A DNA stretch of 64,000 bases, taken from positions 62,001-126,000 of the forward strand of contig ADNK01001129.1 in the NCBI GenBank assembly GCA_000320545.1, read 5' to 3'. The notes under the pieces are model-generated. The model was not told where the DNA came from. It saw nothing but the letters and a program-made list of their open reading frames with translations, and searched no databases. A program made the position numbers and the translations under genes. The stretch is from Bigelowiella natans CCMP2755 (lineage: Eukaryota; Protista; Cercozoa). Shown one piece after another: positions 11,404 through 25,140 of the stretch (positions are counted from its first letter, which is position 1; the number at the start of each line of letters is the position of its first letter).

Positions 11404-11468
11404 TTCCCTTCGTTTTCAATCCTATTTCGACCTTTTTTGGCATTGCGACGAGGAATCCGGACGTCCGG

Positions 11469-12161
11469 ATGGCTTCTGGCCTCCGAGTGCTCGTCGTGGC
11501 CGCGTTCGTTTACCTGAGTACAGTTTCATCACGTCAAGTACTGAAAATTGTCTCAGGAAATTCTCCACCAGTAGCGAGACCATGGTAAAAGGAGTTTAAA
11601 CCAACAAGTTTTCTGAAGCGTTTGGACTTTCGCTGATCCTGACATTGAATGTCCAATCGTCTCCATAATTTTTAGTCTAAATTTCCACGGGCACCTCATT
11701 AGTCAAGGTGTGCTTACGCCCCCGAAGCCGCGAAGATCTTGGGTGTTAGGTAGGTACGAGAGGCAGCGGCTGTTCCCACTGCGTCGGAGACTCAAAGCTG
11801 CAGAGGAAGCAACAGGGCTCGCGGAACAGAATTCACACCGACCGAACCTGAGGAGAGTTTGTGATGCTGCAGTCTTGGTCACTTTGTTACAGACGTAGTG
11901 AAAAGTATGATATACCGACGGAGAGTTTTCGCTGGTTTGAAGGAATGTTACATACTCTAGTTTTAAATAACCACCACGCTATGACATATTAGGTTCTAAT
12001 CTCATGTGCATGCATATGTTCATGCTGGTTTCAGACGCTTAACAAGAGCCTCTTGCATGGTGTCAATGTTGAACGGGCACTTAAAAATACAATACGTAGA
12101 GAGGTCTGCTATCAAATTCTATAGAAAGGGTTGGAGTAATGAGAAATACAGAAAGAGAGAA

Positions 12162-12202
<41 letters not shown>

Positions 12203-12975
12203 CTATGTACGCTGGTGATATATCTGTTATACGAATTAAGTTTGATAATAATTCCATCTTCCTCGGGAAAATCACATGCGATCGAACTAATACACACCGT
12301 GGACTTACGAGATCACATGAGTTTTTCAACATGCTGTCATTTGTATACAGATGAATTCCGTGGAGCCTCTAACAAAGGCGGACCGTGTGTGCCTGGCCGA
12401 CTCAGTACTCGGTGTGATAGTTTACAAAAATCGATTGACTTATATCGTGGACCAGATCGAGAGATCGAAAGGTGTGTTTCTAGTAAATCTCCCCATTGTC
12501 AGCTCGAGAATGTGCACGAATTACTCCGCGCACATTCTCACCGTTGATCTGGCATTTTTGGCTGCTTGAATGGTGACATCTAGAATTATTTTGGTATCTT
12601 CCATGAAGGAGTGAATCATGTTAGCGTTGACTCAGGAGAAATACAAGACGCCAGCTTTGACGATCTTCTCTACATCCGGAAACTTCTAGCAACGTATCAA
12701 TCCTAATTTTCTGATTGAGAGAATTTTAAGTTATGTTTGGATGGTTGATTGATCAGATATTTTCGATTCCACAATACCGACGATATCTTGTTTGAAGAAC
12801 TTACTGCACCGCTGCAGGCGGGAACGCGGTTAGAACGAGTGAACGTTGTGCATGTGAGGGTTTTGATAAGTAAAGCATCGATCCAAGGATGGCTATGATT
12901 CTCGATGTCTCTAGCCCCCAATCCACCAGTACATTTACATATATGCGCGCGCACGCATACACACGCACATATTTA

Positions 12976-13021
<46 letters not shown>

Positions 13022-13873
13022 CATATTGTGCTGTTTTGTAATGCCATAGGTTCATGCGCTGCCTGACTGCGACCGAGAGCATCCAGTGGCCAACTGACCC
13101 GTTTCTACGGTATGTTCTAATTGAAATTGTGATGAAATTATTCTCTGTTCCTGTGCTGCTTCCATCAACTTTGTGTTGTTAAATGGCCCCTGTTTCTGAT
13201 TGTAGAATATCGGTTGAGTATTCGATCCCGCAATGGCTCTTGGAGGCCTGGGTCAGTCAAACACTCTGCCACAAAGGAGCAAGAGCACAGTCATAGCTTG
13301 AGTGCTATTATTTTTGAGAATATTTGCTAATTGTGATTTCTCTTTTTTTAATTGGGTGGGATGGGCGTCAGTCTGATTCATTTGGACTTGAAGGCGTACG
13401 GCGTCTTTGCAAAGAATGCAACAATAGAGGACCGGTGCAGCTCCCTTTTTCCTTACCCGTCATCCGCTTTCTCAACCGCTATCCTTATCATTTCTTTCTT
13501 TCAGTAACATGCCATTTCCTCCTCTTCCGTCTCTTCCTCATTCCGTATTCTCCTTTATAATATTCTTGTTGCACCTTAGTGTTGTAATTAGTCGTCGTCA
13601 TCATCATCATCATCACCATCATGATTATTATCATAATCGTCATCGTGTGAACCATAACCGACCAAGGTGACAGTGAGAGCCAACACTCTGAAAGTATCTA
13701 GGGAGCAGCTGCAAGGTAGTGACTTGGATGAGATAGCGATGGAGGAGTAGGGAATTAAAATGAAGGACAACAATCGAGAGCGGCAGATAGCATCGTGCTC
13801 ACTTCAAAAGACAGCTGCAGCCTCCGGACATAATTCTTGTTTCGAGCGCCATTTTCTAAATAAACAGGCGCCT

Positions 13874-13913
<40 letters not shown>

Positions 13914-13960
13914 CTGTGTGTGTTCTTATACGTGCGTGGAGAGATAGAGATGGTTAGAAT

Positions 13961-14000
<40 letters not shown>

Positions 14001-14825
14001 GAGAGGGATCAACTTATCTTACCTTCACCTCCTTCGTTCGGCATCTAAATCAATATAGTCAAGTTAGCGTCAGAGGGAGTTGAAAGTCTGCCTACGAAGT
14101 ATAGTCCATGGGGACTCACATTCACGCAAGGTAGGTTGCTCGAAGCTGTATCTCGCGTAATGCGACGACGAGCATACACTAAGTATTGATGGCTGTTACT
14201 AGAGGCAATATGACATGTAGAAATCATGCTATATATAAGGCCGCCCGAGTGGAGGGACATGGCAGCTGTCGGTTTCGAAACAAAGACTGATGGAGTTGCA
14301 GGTAAGAGGTTGCAGTTGGCGGCTTATGTCGTGAATGTTTGACGTAGTTTCGAATCAATGACGAGAAAAGGAACATGTCATCTAAACTGTACCACTTGCC
14401 AGGACGAAGGGTCACAGCTCATCGCCCTGGCTACGGGTACCTCCTCCATGAGACGGAAATGACATTCGACATCGCTGCTTATGCAAGATGTTGCGAGGCA
14501 TTAGCACGGCGATGCGATGCGATAACGACGACGAGGATGATAAAAATGAAGTTTGGTGATGATTTCGAACCGTAACCCGAAATCATTTTCCTTCCACAGG
14601 AGTCTCCGAGGGTACTGAGTCCGTGCTGGACTACTGTGCCGGTAGTAAAGAATAGACAGAAAAGGAAGAAAGAAAGGGAGGGGAGGAGGGGTGAGGAAGA
14701 AAGAGGACCACTCGCTGCTGCCATCTTTGATGCCAACACGATTACCTATCATCTCTTCGTCTCTTTTGCTCTTAGGTGCAGGAGGCAAGTCCATGGCACT
14801 TGCAGGTATTTTACACTCCCTGAGC

Positions 14826-14869
<44 letters not shown>

Positions 14870-15399
14870 GAGAGAGATTAATAAGGATGACAATTTATCT
14901 CCAACAAACTACAGGGATGTTAGGAGAAGGCAGGGGCGTTATACATGCGTGGGAACCCTTTTCAAATCGCAGAGAAACTCTCAGAGACCGCATTATTGAG
15001 AACAATCTCCAATGTCGCCTCCACAATCACTACCATCACCACCATCACCACCACCATAATCATATCATCATCCTCATCATCATCATCCCAAACTGAATGT
15101 TTTCCATGTCGCTTATTTCTACCAACCGCATTGTCATGTGACGTGATTCCTCTTCATCGTTCAGACCGCATTACTGTCGAAGAATCCCTGCAGGTATGAG
15201 TCACTCACGTGAAGAGTGATTGTGTTAAACAACGGTAGAGTGCGTGAACGAGTTGGCTACGATGCAATTTCCTCCCCGTTTATCTTAGGAAGTTGAAGCC
15301 TTGTCTATGGATTGCACTCTCGTCGATGCGCCGTGCTCATCATCGGTATACCCTTCGACGGAAACGACATCCAAAATAGTAGCTGTTTTTGTGTCAGCT

Positions 15400-15430
<31 letters not shown>

Positions 15431-16296
15431 CGGACGCGCGCGCACGTTTAATTTAATCCCGACAAAATCCATTACTGCCCAGCACGTGCCTACAACCGCA
15501 TGCTTGTGGTATGTTTACATGCACAGGGCACTCTTCGTCGTCACCCGGAGTTGCGCTGGCGTATGGAAGAAGATATTGCCATGAGAGAAATGCCAGAGGT
15601 TTCTCATTGTAATCATTACCTACTTCACACACTTTGCCCCTTACCAAAGCTCTTTTGCTTGTCGTACGTTCACACTGCTTAATTTCCCCCTATACGTGCA
15701 CACCCATAGCTCCAGAAAGAGATTCTGGCTAATGCATCGCGCACCGTTAGACCAGGGGGGGTCCTGGTGAGATTAGGCCATCTTTCCAAATAAAAAGCGA
15801 AGATGATTATGATGATGTGAAAAGTGCTCTGGAATTCTTATCTTCCAGTTTAGTTTGTACGTCGCGAAAAAACACTTATTTGGGCTGAGAAAGCGCTTTA
15901 TTTGGTTATCAGGTCTATGCGACCTGTTCCCTGCTTGTTGAGGAAAACGAAGACGTATGTGTCTGTGTGTTTGTGTCAATATTTGCGCTTTTAAACTGCC
16001 GCTTCTTCTTTTAACGCGTGCTTTCTCCTCTGCTGCTCAAGGTTGCGATGTGGTTCGCTTCTTCCAGCTTTGGGGAAGACTTCGAACCCATGGCACTTCT
16101 GGAGCCTCCCTTTGAAGATCTTCGTCGCAATGGGCGACGACCACAGACTAGAGCCGAGATGAAGTCGTCTGGTGAGAAAGAGAAAGACGGGATTGGAGGC
16201 GATAGGGATGATCATATGTTAACGCTCGCACCCCATCTGCACGGGACAGATGGTTTCTTTATCGCACGTTGGCGGAGACGCATGATCGGTAAGTGA
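11469..16296 (+). CDS. RsmB/Sun (NOL1/NOP2/Fmu) RNA m5C methyltransferase, probably plastid-targeted
   Basis: Leader MASGLRVLVVAAFVYLSTVSS followed by an Arg-rich segment (..RQRLFPLRRRLKA). NusB-like ADRVCLADSVLGVIVYKNRL; WPTDPFLR|ISVEYSIPQWL; VTVRANTLK; LDYCA|GAGGKS; VDAPCSSS|GTLRRHPELRW; VYATCSL; LAPHLHGTDGFFIARW. Confidence 0.9.
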
Positions 16297-16699
16297 AGGC
16301 TCGTAGAAAGCGCATGTCTCGTCTTAATCGGTGGCAAATTATCATTTTGGAGAAACATTAATGCGTAAGTTATAATCAATGCATAATGCATGCATTGCGC
16401 CCTAGCAAGCCCACTGTATATATGAGACCAATACGCGAAACTTATTAGCATTAGCCACTTGCTTATTGATATTGCGCACCGCCATGAAGAAGCACGCATA
16501 AAATATGTATCTAGATACCTAGGTATGGTGTGCATATTGCTGCGCGTATACATACCACCAAAAGACAGTAAGGTGCAAGAGTGGTGTATTCTTATCGTCG
16601 TTGAATATAGCATTTCAGGTAAATCTATTGTTTATGAGCAATGGAAATTGAGATTACACGCTCGCAGTGTTATTTCTGTGCCAACGAGGACTCTGACAG

Positions 16700-17068
16700 C
16701 TAGCTGCCTGTCTTTGTTTGCAGTTTCTGAATGATACTTGGATTGGCGAAGCTGTTGCGCATGTTGCTGAAATCGGTCCAATATTCCGCTAGTTCTGCAA
16801 CAGGTTTTAGACTATTATGGTAACGGGGTAATTGGCCTTCTACACAGTCATCACGAGTTCTAAATTGAAGTGGCTTCGACACAATTGTTGGGGGGCCATG
16901 AGCTGGTAACCCCAACGGACGTACTCTTACGCCCATTGGTGAAACGCTTAGACCAGATCTCAAGTTGTCATCGAATCGACGAAGGATTGACCAGAAGATA
17001 AAGACTGAAACAAGGACGATTGGCGACACGTACTGCGGGTTCATGACGGCTCCTGAATCAATTATCAT
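16700..17068 (-). CDS. Small hypothetical protein with an N-terminal hydrophobic segment
   Basis: 122-aa ORF in non-repetitive sequence with TM/signal-like PIVLVSVFIFWSIL. No family recognised. Confidence 0.4.
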   Translation of the reverse strand: MIIDSGAVMNPQYVSPIVLVSVFIFWSILRRFDDNLRSGLSVSPMGVRVRPLGLPAHGPPTIVSKPLQFRTRDDCVEGQLPRYHNSLKPVAELAEYWTDFSNMRNSFANPSIIQKLQTKTGS

Positions 17069-17578
17069 CGTTCAATACCCATTTTGATATTTTCCAGGAC
17101 AGATTCACAGATATCTTCACCCTATACTAAGGAGTACAAACGCAGAATTACAGATCTGGCTGCATTACCCCTGCAAGGCTTTCTAAAACCTCGTACTCGA
17201 TTCATCTCCCCCTCAAAACCAATGGACACTTACATATTCGATTTTCGTGAAAAAGAGATTGCGAGTACTCATGTGCAATTCCCGTTCCCTCCCCTATTTT
17301 ACCCGCAGAGAAATACCCTACTCAAGCTCGGGATCGTTGACGATGATTCGAGGCAGCCGATTTCATGTATTTTTCATTGTCGCAATGCCAAATACGCAGA
17401 CCATTTTCTTGTCGCTTTGAAATAAATCCCAATCTGCAACTTCCGCACTTACCCGTGTAGATGTTTCTAGGTATAAATATTGTCTAGATTTATATAAAAA
17501 TTTCGTTCATTTTTCACACCGTAAACATCTACAGAAGAAGAACCAATCAGAGACCCAAGGAGCCACATATGGAAGCAC

Positions 17579-19531
17579 ATGGCTCTCTCTGGCTGCCTCG
17601 CCCCTTTCATATGGCTAGTCATCCTCGTTATCCTCTATAAATGCAGCGAGCAGGTGTCTAAGCGCTCGTCCTTTGTTCTGGGTTCTTCATACCGGCGTAT
17701 AGCTCCGCCGCGAAGTAGGCTACCCCCTCAGTCCTCGCTTGCAACTTTGCGGACACGTCGTCGGTACAGCACGTGAGATCGGGGCTTAATATGAGTGCAC
17801 ACATTGCTTTTTTCACAGAGATGTTCTACGACAATTCCGTTCGAACTGCCATGATCTTGCGCGTGGCCAGTCTGCAGTATCTCAGGAGCATCATTCTGGA
17901 TGCCATTCCACAATCCGTTGATTTGGTGGTCAGGTGTGACGTTTCCGTACATGCGGCGCGGCGTTTGTCCATCCGGGAAGTAAAACAGGTTATAGAACGA
18001 TGTACTATTCGAACACGAAAGTAGCGCATCCGACCGAGCCTTTGTCTTAAAACTTGTACTTCTCCGTAGGAGCTGGATCAATATGGAATAAGCTACTCTG
18101 GTAAGAATTGATACCACACACCTTCTGTTCGTGGCGTACGCGGCCGCATCGAGCACATTCAGTATTTTCGGGAAATAGTACCTCTATTAGTATAGAAAAT
18201 TCTCAATCAAGTTTCCTGTTTGTTCTTGCAGGTATATTCGAGGGAGCCGAGCTGAGGAAGGTGATTCCCCTTCATGTTAATTTTCAATGTTATCTTGTTA
18301 AGAAAAATGCAGTCTGAGCATCCGAATCTAGCACCTTATCCATGCCTACATACACATCTGGATCTCTTCGATACTACTTACACCATCTTCTCGGATCTGA
18401 TGTTCATTCTCGGTGTGCCCAGCTGCTCGAAGATGCAAAAGCAAGCGATATGGTAATAGATATTCTGGAAACCCTCCTTGTGCATGCTTGCACGCACTCC
18501 ATTGCAGGATTGACATCCTTCGCTACGCATTGCCTGTATCAACAGTGAGGCAATTTGAATATATCAAGATACAGAATACGTCTACTATGATATGTAGAAA
18601 AGAAAACCAGAAGCGGGGTCATCAGATACGATTGCAAGCGATACGGCTGGCGCTAAAACAGTGCCATTAATCCCCAGGAGGTAAGCTTCTTTTTCGCTGA
18701 CTAGACTTTGAGCCTCTCATTCCGATGCTCGCCGTGTTTCTGCTCTTCCTTGTTTTATGACAGGTTCGAAGGTATGATGGGGGCTGGAGTCTCAACTGCT
18801 GGAAATCAATACTTCACGATCTCAGTTAGGTTCCCATCTGCAGCATCCGCGCACTCAGGTTGTGGAGAGTCTAGAGCAGTCGCTCGTAGTTAGGACATCA
18901 TTTCCTGAGAACAGAAATGGGCTATATGCGGGAAAACTACGTCAGCAATAAGCAAATCATCGTATCGTCTTGATTTCCTTGATCCTGCTGTTGTGGCTGT
19001 CGTTGTCTTGCAGCGATGGAGTTCATCGTGGACACCGCTTGCTCATACACATTGATCGCGGACAAGGCCGCGCGGTTGCTCGGGGCGACATCGACTGGGG
19101 TATTTCGCTTGGCCTGCTTCGTGCTAGCTGTTCTCCACTCTCACTTACTTGCAGGTTGGTGCGACGGGCACGACAGCCACTGGGAGCACTTCTGGAGGCC
19201 AGTTTCAGGTGTATTGTTATTAAAGGAAGGTGGGCTTTAGAGACAGGGAGAGAGGGAGCGAGAGGTTAGAATTTGAAAGGGTGATTATCTCTGATTTGAG
19301 TATGCTGCCGTTGCTCTAAGGTTAAAGCCGGAGAAGCGTTGTGCGGAGACGTAAGCTTGGGCAGTCTAATGCCCGTTTCGATGCCTCAGCTGCCTTTCGA
19401 CTACGATGTGCACGGGGTGGGTCGCTACAGTGAACCATGCAGTAGTAGTAGTAGTAGTAGTAGTAGGCATGGCGCGCAATAGCACAAATGATATCTGAAC
19501 GGCCGACAGCGATAGCACACAAACACATACA

Positions 19532-19571
<40 letters not shown>

Positions 19572-20089
19572 GTGCACAGAGAAGGGAGAGCCAGCAGAAG
19601 AGAGAGGCTCATTCACTTACAGGTCGCTGGGATTCTTGGGCTGGAGACGCTCTCGAAATTTGACATTGAATTCGACTTTCGGCAGCAGAGAATGAGGCTC
19701 TTCCCACCGGGGAGCTTGAGTTCTAATCCTGGATTGACAAAGGTTGTTGAGGCGTGATCTAGTCCATCAGTGGATGCATGCGCGCGTGGGTGGTAAACAT
19801 GCACGTAAAAAGCTGCTTGTGAGTGAAATCGCTTCGAAGAGGCTGTGGGTTATTTCCTTTGCCATCGATCACTGATCCCCTCGCTTCTGCTGATCTTCCT
19901 AGTCCAGATCTGATGATATCGTTACAACAGTTGCTCACATCATCATCATCAACCATCTTCCCCACTTTTAAGGGCTTTGAGGCAATGGAGATGAAGCTAA
20001 TACCTATGTTTGGTCTGTACTACATCGACGTTAAGCTGGGAAGGTGCTCATCAACCTACTGCAGCCCACAACCTCACAAAGAAAGGAAA

Positions 20090-20129
<40 letters not shown>

Positions 20130-21131
20130 TTGTTGCCTTTCGGACACCCTCGAAGTACATTCGCACGAATACATTAAGCATCATGGATTGTATAATTCAT
20201 ATATCCTCTCCTACAAACCGCAGCACTTTGATCAAAGGGATCGTTGACACGGGAGCCTCCGGAAGCGTTTTCAACAGGTATCGATCAAGAATTAGAAGAG
20301 TGTTGCAGCATGGAGGGAACAACACAATACACAAACACAAACACACCCAAACACACACACACAAGCATGCATATCCAAACGTTAATGCAATGCGAGCCTT
20401 GAAGGAGACAAAATGGCACTACTCAATCTGTACTTTTCGATTTTCCCTCGTGGTTCTACCATGATAATCGCTACATGAATCAAATCAGCATTGCTGCCAG
20501 TCAGGCCGGAATCACAGGTACGAGCTTTCATATCTGGATCATGCAAACTTAGTTTCTATTTTATCATCTCGATCTCCTTCATTTATCACCGCCGCCACGC
20601 TTCGCCATTAAACACGGCGAGAGATGCACATACCCCCACTCAATACACGAGTACTGACCCTCTACTGGCTCGTTTGAAGGGACAGGAAAGGGCGTCGTCT
20701 CGGGAGCTGGAGCTGGACAGATACCGATGAAAGAAGCGGTGCACGCACTTGCACAACTGAATGCATGTTCTGCTACAGTTCTAAGATGTATTGTAGGAAG
20801 TATAGGTTTGATTTATAGATTTATGCGATGGAAATTTTTTAGGACATGCAAATCGGTGTACTCCAGAGAGTAGTCGCTGTGGAGAAAGCTGGGATCGGTA
20901 TGTGCCAGTGCGTAGTCGAATCGAATTTGTGATGTATAACATAGGAGTTCTTATACTATTGCTTCTTCACTTATTTTGTATTGTACACATGTAGCGGATT
21001 TGCCAATATTCCTGAATCTGTTTCCTGCTTCGCGAGAGGCTGTGGGAGTCCTGGGAATAGACTTCCTATCTAATGTCAACGCGCAAGGGCGCTGTTTCTT
21101 CTCATTAGCGACACGAAAACTTTGGCTTTGA
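17579..21131 (+). CDS. Retropepsin-like (clan AA, Asp_protease_2 type) aspartyl protease with two catalytic lobes and a bipartite leader
   Basis: Signal MALSGCLAPFIWLVILVILY plus an R/S-rich segment. Lobe 1: FIVDTACSYTLI ... AGILGLETLSKFDIEFDF. Lobe 2: KGIVDTGASGSVFN ... VGVLGIDFL..KLWL*. Confidence 0.85.
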
Positions 21132-21329
21132 TGCACACATGCGATACGATTGCAATCAGCATTACTATAGTAGAGCATGTGCGATTGATCGATCGAGACA
21201 TTCATGATTTAAACGTTCACATGTAACAAAATGATTTCACCAATGCCTTGCTAGCTTGCTAGCTCATGCTTGAGCGCTAAGTCGCCTTGCTTTGAGCTCC
21301 CCTCTCCCATGCTCCCCCCCCCCCCCCCT

Positions 21330-21373
<44 letters not shown>

Positions 21374-21846
21374 GCTAGCTACATCTCATCTCCAATTAGC
21401 AATGCATGATGTTTGTTTGATTGTGCGTGCATTTCAGTGCGTGCATCCTCATTTGCAGGTTGTGGCACAGCATGTCACATGCCCACACATGCGGTCATGA
21501 TTGATGTGTGTCTTCTGCTCGCGAGTCACGACCGCAGCAGCGCATTTTGCGGCTGATATAGCATAGCTAGCATAGAATGGCCGCAACGCAGACAAGGCAA
21601 GTAATGAACCGATAAAATGAACCATGCTTCAATGATGATCCTTGTGATACCCAATCAACATCTAGACATGAAAATGAACCAATTGAAGCTCTATGCAAGT
21701 ATTCATCAACATGCAGCTAGAGGACCACCTCGCATCATGGCAATCATAGGCATGTCGTATTGTTTCCTGTAATTCTCCCCTACATCTCCACATCTATCTC
21801 TCAGGCCTTTCGTCTTTGCTTGCTAGTCTTCAATCTACGATCCACA

Positions 21847-22001
21847 TCATCGCTTTCCCCTTTTCTTCTTCAGCCTGCGCTTCTCGCGTGCGCTCAGCTT
21901 CGGAGCAGCCTACAACAAAATATGGGCAGAATCAGGTTTAATTCCTCAAGATCGGAGTGTCTTGCAGCAAATAACGACGAGGACAACACAAGACTGGCGC
22001 G

Positions 22002-22045
<44 letters not shown>

Positions 22046-23930
22046 TACCGATGGCTTCTTCTCTTCCTTCACAGGCTCCTTTGTTTTGTCGAGCGACGCA
22101 GCGAGGTCAGCGCGCACAGCTCCTCCCTAGGGGAAAAGAAGGAAGAAACAACAGGAAAATTCAGGCGAAGCAAGCTACGACGAGGAAACAATGAAGATTT
22201 GTTGTCGGATAATAAATACCTGAGGTCCTCGCATCAGGTTGTTCTTGTTACGCCTGCGGCCCTTGCCGCGCTTATTGTAGCTCTAAGTGGAAAAATAGAA
22301 GTAGTAGAAGAGATTAGGGTGTGGTAATATGAGCATCACTAAAAGCAGCACGCATCGTTTTTGAGATGTGTAAAGGTAAAGGCTTTGCAAAACGCGGAAG
22401 GACTGCTGCGTACACACATGCAACATTTCGATGAATGTACCCTCTCCCATTTTGGCAGCCATCGCTCAGGATCAGGAGTCTGATGGGGAGGATAGGCATG
22501 ATGTGTACAAGTTACCTGAGCTCAGTGTAAGGTGACGACGATGATAATGATGATGATGATAATGATGACAAAATAACTGGTACTGTCGCATGGATCGAGA
22601 CGTTTGCACTCACAAAACAGCTCTCTGCTGACCTATACTGTGCTGCTACTACTGCTACTGCTACCTCGTTCGGGTCGTAGTTCTTTGGGAGCCGTTTTTT
22701 GCGCTTTCGCTTCTTCTTCTTCACCACGGCACCTCCTGTTTCACCGCACGATAAAGAATAAGAACAAGACGATTGCTACAGCTACTACTACTGCACATTG
22801 TATGCTACTACTATTACTACTACTACTATTACTACTTCTACTACCTTTAGCATCGTCGACTGAGACTCCTTCAACTTCCATATCATCGGCCTCGCCTAGC
22901 CCCTTTTGTTTTTGTTTCAGTATTTATATCCATCATCATCATCATCATCACTCATCGTGCCGTGTTGTTGAATGATGTATTCCCGTGGCCTAGTCCCCCC
23001 CCCTCCATCTTCTCCCTTTCACAGCTGCTACGACGCAGATGAATGAGTGCTGCCCCGCAACGAGGTTGCTGGGTTGTGGCGCGTAAGAACTATCAGTCAT
23101 ACTTCCTACCCTTTATTTTGGCGACGGATATTACTGTTTCCTACTACTTCTACAACTTCTACTACTACTACTACTACTATTCACACTACCTCGAGAGCGT
23201 CTACATCCAGCCCTTCCATATCAAGTGCTGGCAGCTTCTTCGCATACTGTACAGCACCACCACACATGTAGAATTACTGTTAGTGTTGTTATTGTCATTT
23301 GTCAGCATGTCTTTGTGTCGCCTTTCATCTAAATATAGTCCACACGACTATGGTGAGGAGGAGGAGGCAGCGGAAAGAAGAGGAGGAGGAGGAGGAGGAC
23401 AATGTGCGGATGGTAAATTCTCCTCCCCCATCTAAAAGTAGTAGGCACAGAGCTCAGAAGAGGTGAAATTCTAAATGTATACTATTTCCTCATGATGTTA
23501 CTCAATCGGGAAATGGTGCGGATAAATCATCATTGCGTGTGCCTTTAGTGATCGCCCGTACATAATAGAGATAATAATGCGGGGTTTTATTTGTTTCCGT
23601 GGTAACTCTTCTTCCTCCTCCTCCTCCTCTCCCACCAACCTTCTTCGCAAAATCGATGTCGTAGAGAGCCGCGTTGACGACCACGCCGCACAGATCTAAG
23701 AGCGACGATACGAGGTGAAGAATAAGAGAACGAATCGCACAAATCCACAGCATGCCCATGCACACGCTGATACTCATCATGTCGTCTCGCCCCCGTCATA
23801 TTAGACGGAAGGAAACGGTTGCGATGGAGGAAAGAGAGGATGGGGAGTAACATAGGTCGTGGCATTCATCTATGTTTCTGACGGAGACAATGTGTCTTTG
23901 CCTTTCTTCCGTGTGTTCTTTTGAATGGAT

Positions 23931-23962
<32 letters not shown>

Positions 23963-24164
23963 GCTACTAATTATTATTATTATTATTATTATCATCGTCA
24001 TTACGTGCCACTTCGCCCGTCGACTTCGCCATGAGCTCGTAAGCCTCTGCAGCAGCCTTGTGGTCCTACGAATGTCATTATGCAAGAAGGGGGGGGAGGG
24101 GGGGGATTACAAAGCTTTACGACAGTTATGTGCTGCTGCTACTGCTGCTACTACTACCAAGAGA

Positions 24165-24196
<32 letters not shown>

Positions 24197-24398
24197 AACA
24201 ATAACGACGATGCTTGTGCGATATATACAACTGTAAAGTACCCCAAGTTTTGCCTTGATGTCGGCACCTGCAGCCCTTAGAGAGTCAGCAACTTGCTTTG
24301 CATCAGGGGTATCAGCAGCCTAGGGTACGTATCATGCGGATAGAAGGGAAAGCAAAGAACAGTAATAATGGTAGTAGTAGGAGGAGGAGCCGTGAGCA

Positions 24399-24434
<36 letters not shown>

Positions 24435-25035
24435 GCGATGTGGGGATGGTAGTTGTGAAGATTATGATGATTATCTTGATGTTATCAGTTATATCATTTA
24501 AGGATGTGTGGTAGCCACAGAGGCGACATCGACGATGTAGAGTAGTTCAAGAAGAAGCGAAGAACTTCTTTCCCGGTTAGTACTACCTCCTCGGGTTTCA
24601 CGCTCTAGAACCTAGTACTACTGCTGCTGCTACTACTACTCTACTTCGCGTTGTTTCTTCTTCTTCTTCTTCTTTTTCTCCAACACCATGACTAAAGGAG
24701 TAGGATGCAGCAGTCCAACTTCGCTTTCTCGCTTGATGTATTATTGTTATTTTCACCTTCCAATAGCCGATCGCTTCATCAAGCTTCTCTGCAGCCTATC
24801 ATGTTGTTATCCAATAACGATCGTTAAATGATGATGATAATGACGGAGAAGATTACGATTCAGCTCAAACACCTGTGCAATATTCCCGGTCTTACTGAGC
24901 CAACGCACGATGGTTCCTTCGTGATAGTAGTAGTATTCATTTTGTTATTATTAGTAGTAGTATTTGTAGCAGTGGTAGTTGTCGGGATATTCAAATAGAT
25001 ATCAGGGATATGCCGGAAAGAACGCAGAATATAGC

Positions 25036-25068
<33 letters not shown>

Positions 25069-25096
25069 TGATGCAGGAGAACTTTTGACTGGTATT

Positions 25097-25140
<44 letters not shown>

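Noticed and set aside
1-11443. HORMA gene near the SHLD2-like gene as a shieldin (REV7-SHLD2) cluster
   Set aside because: The HORMA protein has MAD2 motifs (ITSSVTFLP, WEESDP, LRSF), not REV7; proximity is probably chance.
19016-20280. Aspartyl protease as part of an LTR retrotransposon
   Set aside because: Many spliceosomal introns and a signal peptide; no gag, RT, integrase or LTRs.
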